Below, piece by piece: positions 63,939 to 64,000 of a stretch of 64,000 nucleotides of DNA (position 1 is its first letter; each line of letters opens with the position of its first letter). The position numbers were made by a program, and so were the translations under genes. Below the pieces are notes generated by a model. It searched no databases. It had not been told where the DNA came from and saw only the letters and a list, made by a program, of their open reading frames with translations. The DNA lies in NCBI RefSeq assembly GCF_040938485.1, contig NW_027271019.1:806001-870000 (forward strand), written 5' to 3'. This DNA comes from Diadema antillarum. Taxonomy: Eukaryota.

Positions 63939-64000
63939 TTAAGGGCAGATTCTGAAAGAGCAGACTCTAAGCTTTAAAATGATGTATCACTCAATTCAAA

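Noticed and set aside
1-64000. Autonomous transposase/RT, Rep-helicase, tRNA, rRNA or snRNA genes
   Set aside because: No ORF or motif for any of these was seen; all mobile elements here appear non-autonomous.

Overview
This is an AT-rich eukaryotic (animal) genomic window that is almost entirely intronic or intergenic, with a 128-N assembly gap at 4985-5112. The repeat landscape resembles that of marine invertebrate deuterostomes such as sea urchins; this is an inference and the species cannot be determined from the sequence. There are no long real ORFs: the three longest (13147-13969, 15410-16443) are artefacts of stop-free minisatellites. I found no transposase, reverse transcriptase, rRNA, tRNA or CRISPR array. 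The best coding signal is a minus-strand spliced gene with a probable start exon at 61047-61144 (MSGKGGAKQKIMENSLMVDSDPEK, AAG|GTAAGT donor) that is phase-compatible with an internal exon at 23613-23691 (KMDESDVVVDQGNYHSLREADEDEIS), implying an intron of up to ~37.4 kb. A weaker third exon from 19719 would add an acidic then hydrophobic tail. I do not recognise the protein family. The rest is a dense collection of non-autonomous DNA transposons: at least six ~560-bp TTAA-flanked Kolobok-like MITEs, six ~210-bp TA-flanked MITEs, three complete Helentron-associated (HINE/DINE-1-like) elements with internal tandem arrays, several PIF/Harbinger-like palindrome-rich MITEs, and piggyBac-like and Sola-like minis. 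Two pyrimidine-rich minisatellites are present, one with a visible six-monomer higher-order structure. I see no convincing wholly new biological system. The most worthwhile leads are the small unidentified gene, the modular HINEs carrying arrays of RFX-like and nuclear-receptor-like motifs, the higher-order minisatellite, and a roughly 8-fold excess of TACATGTA.
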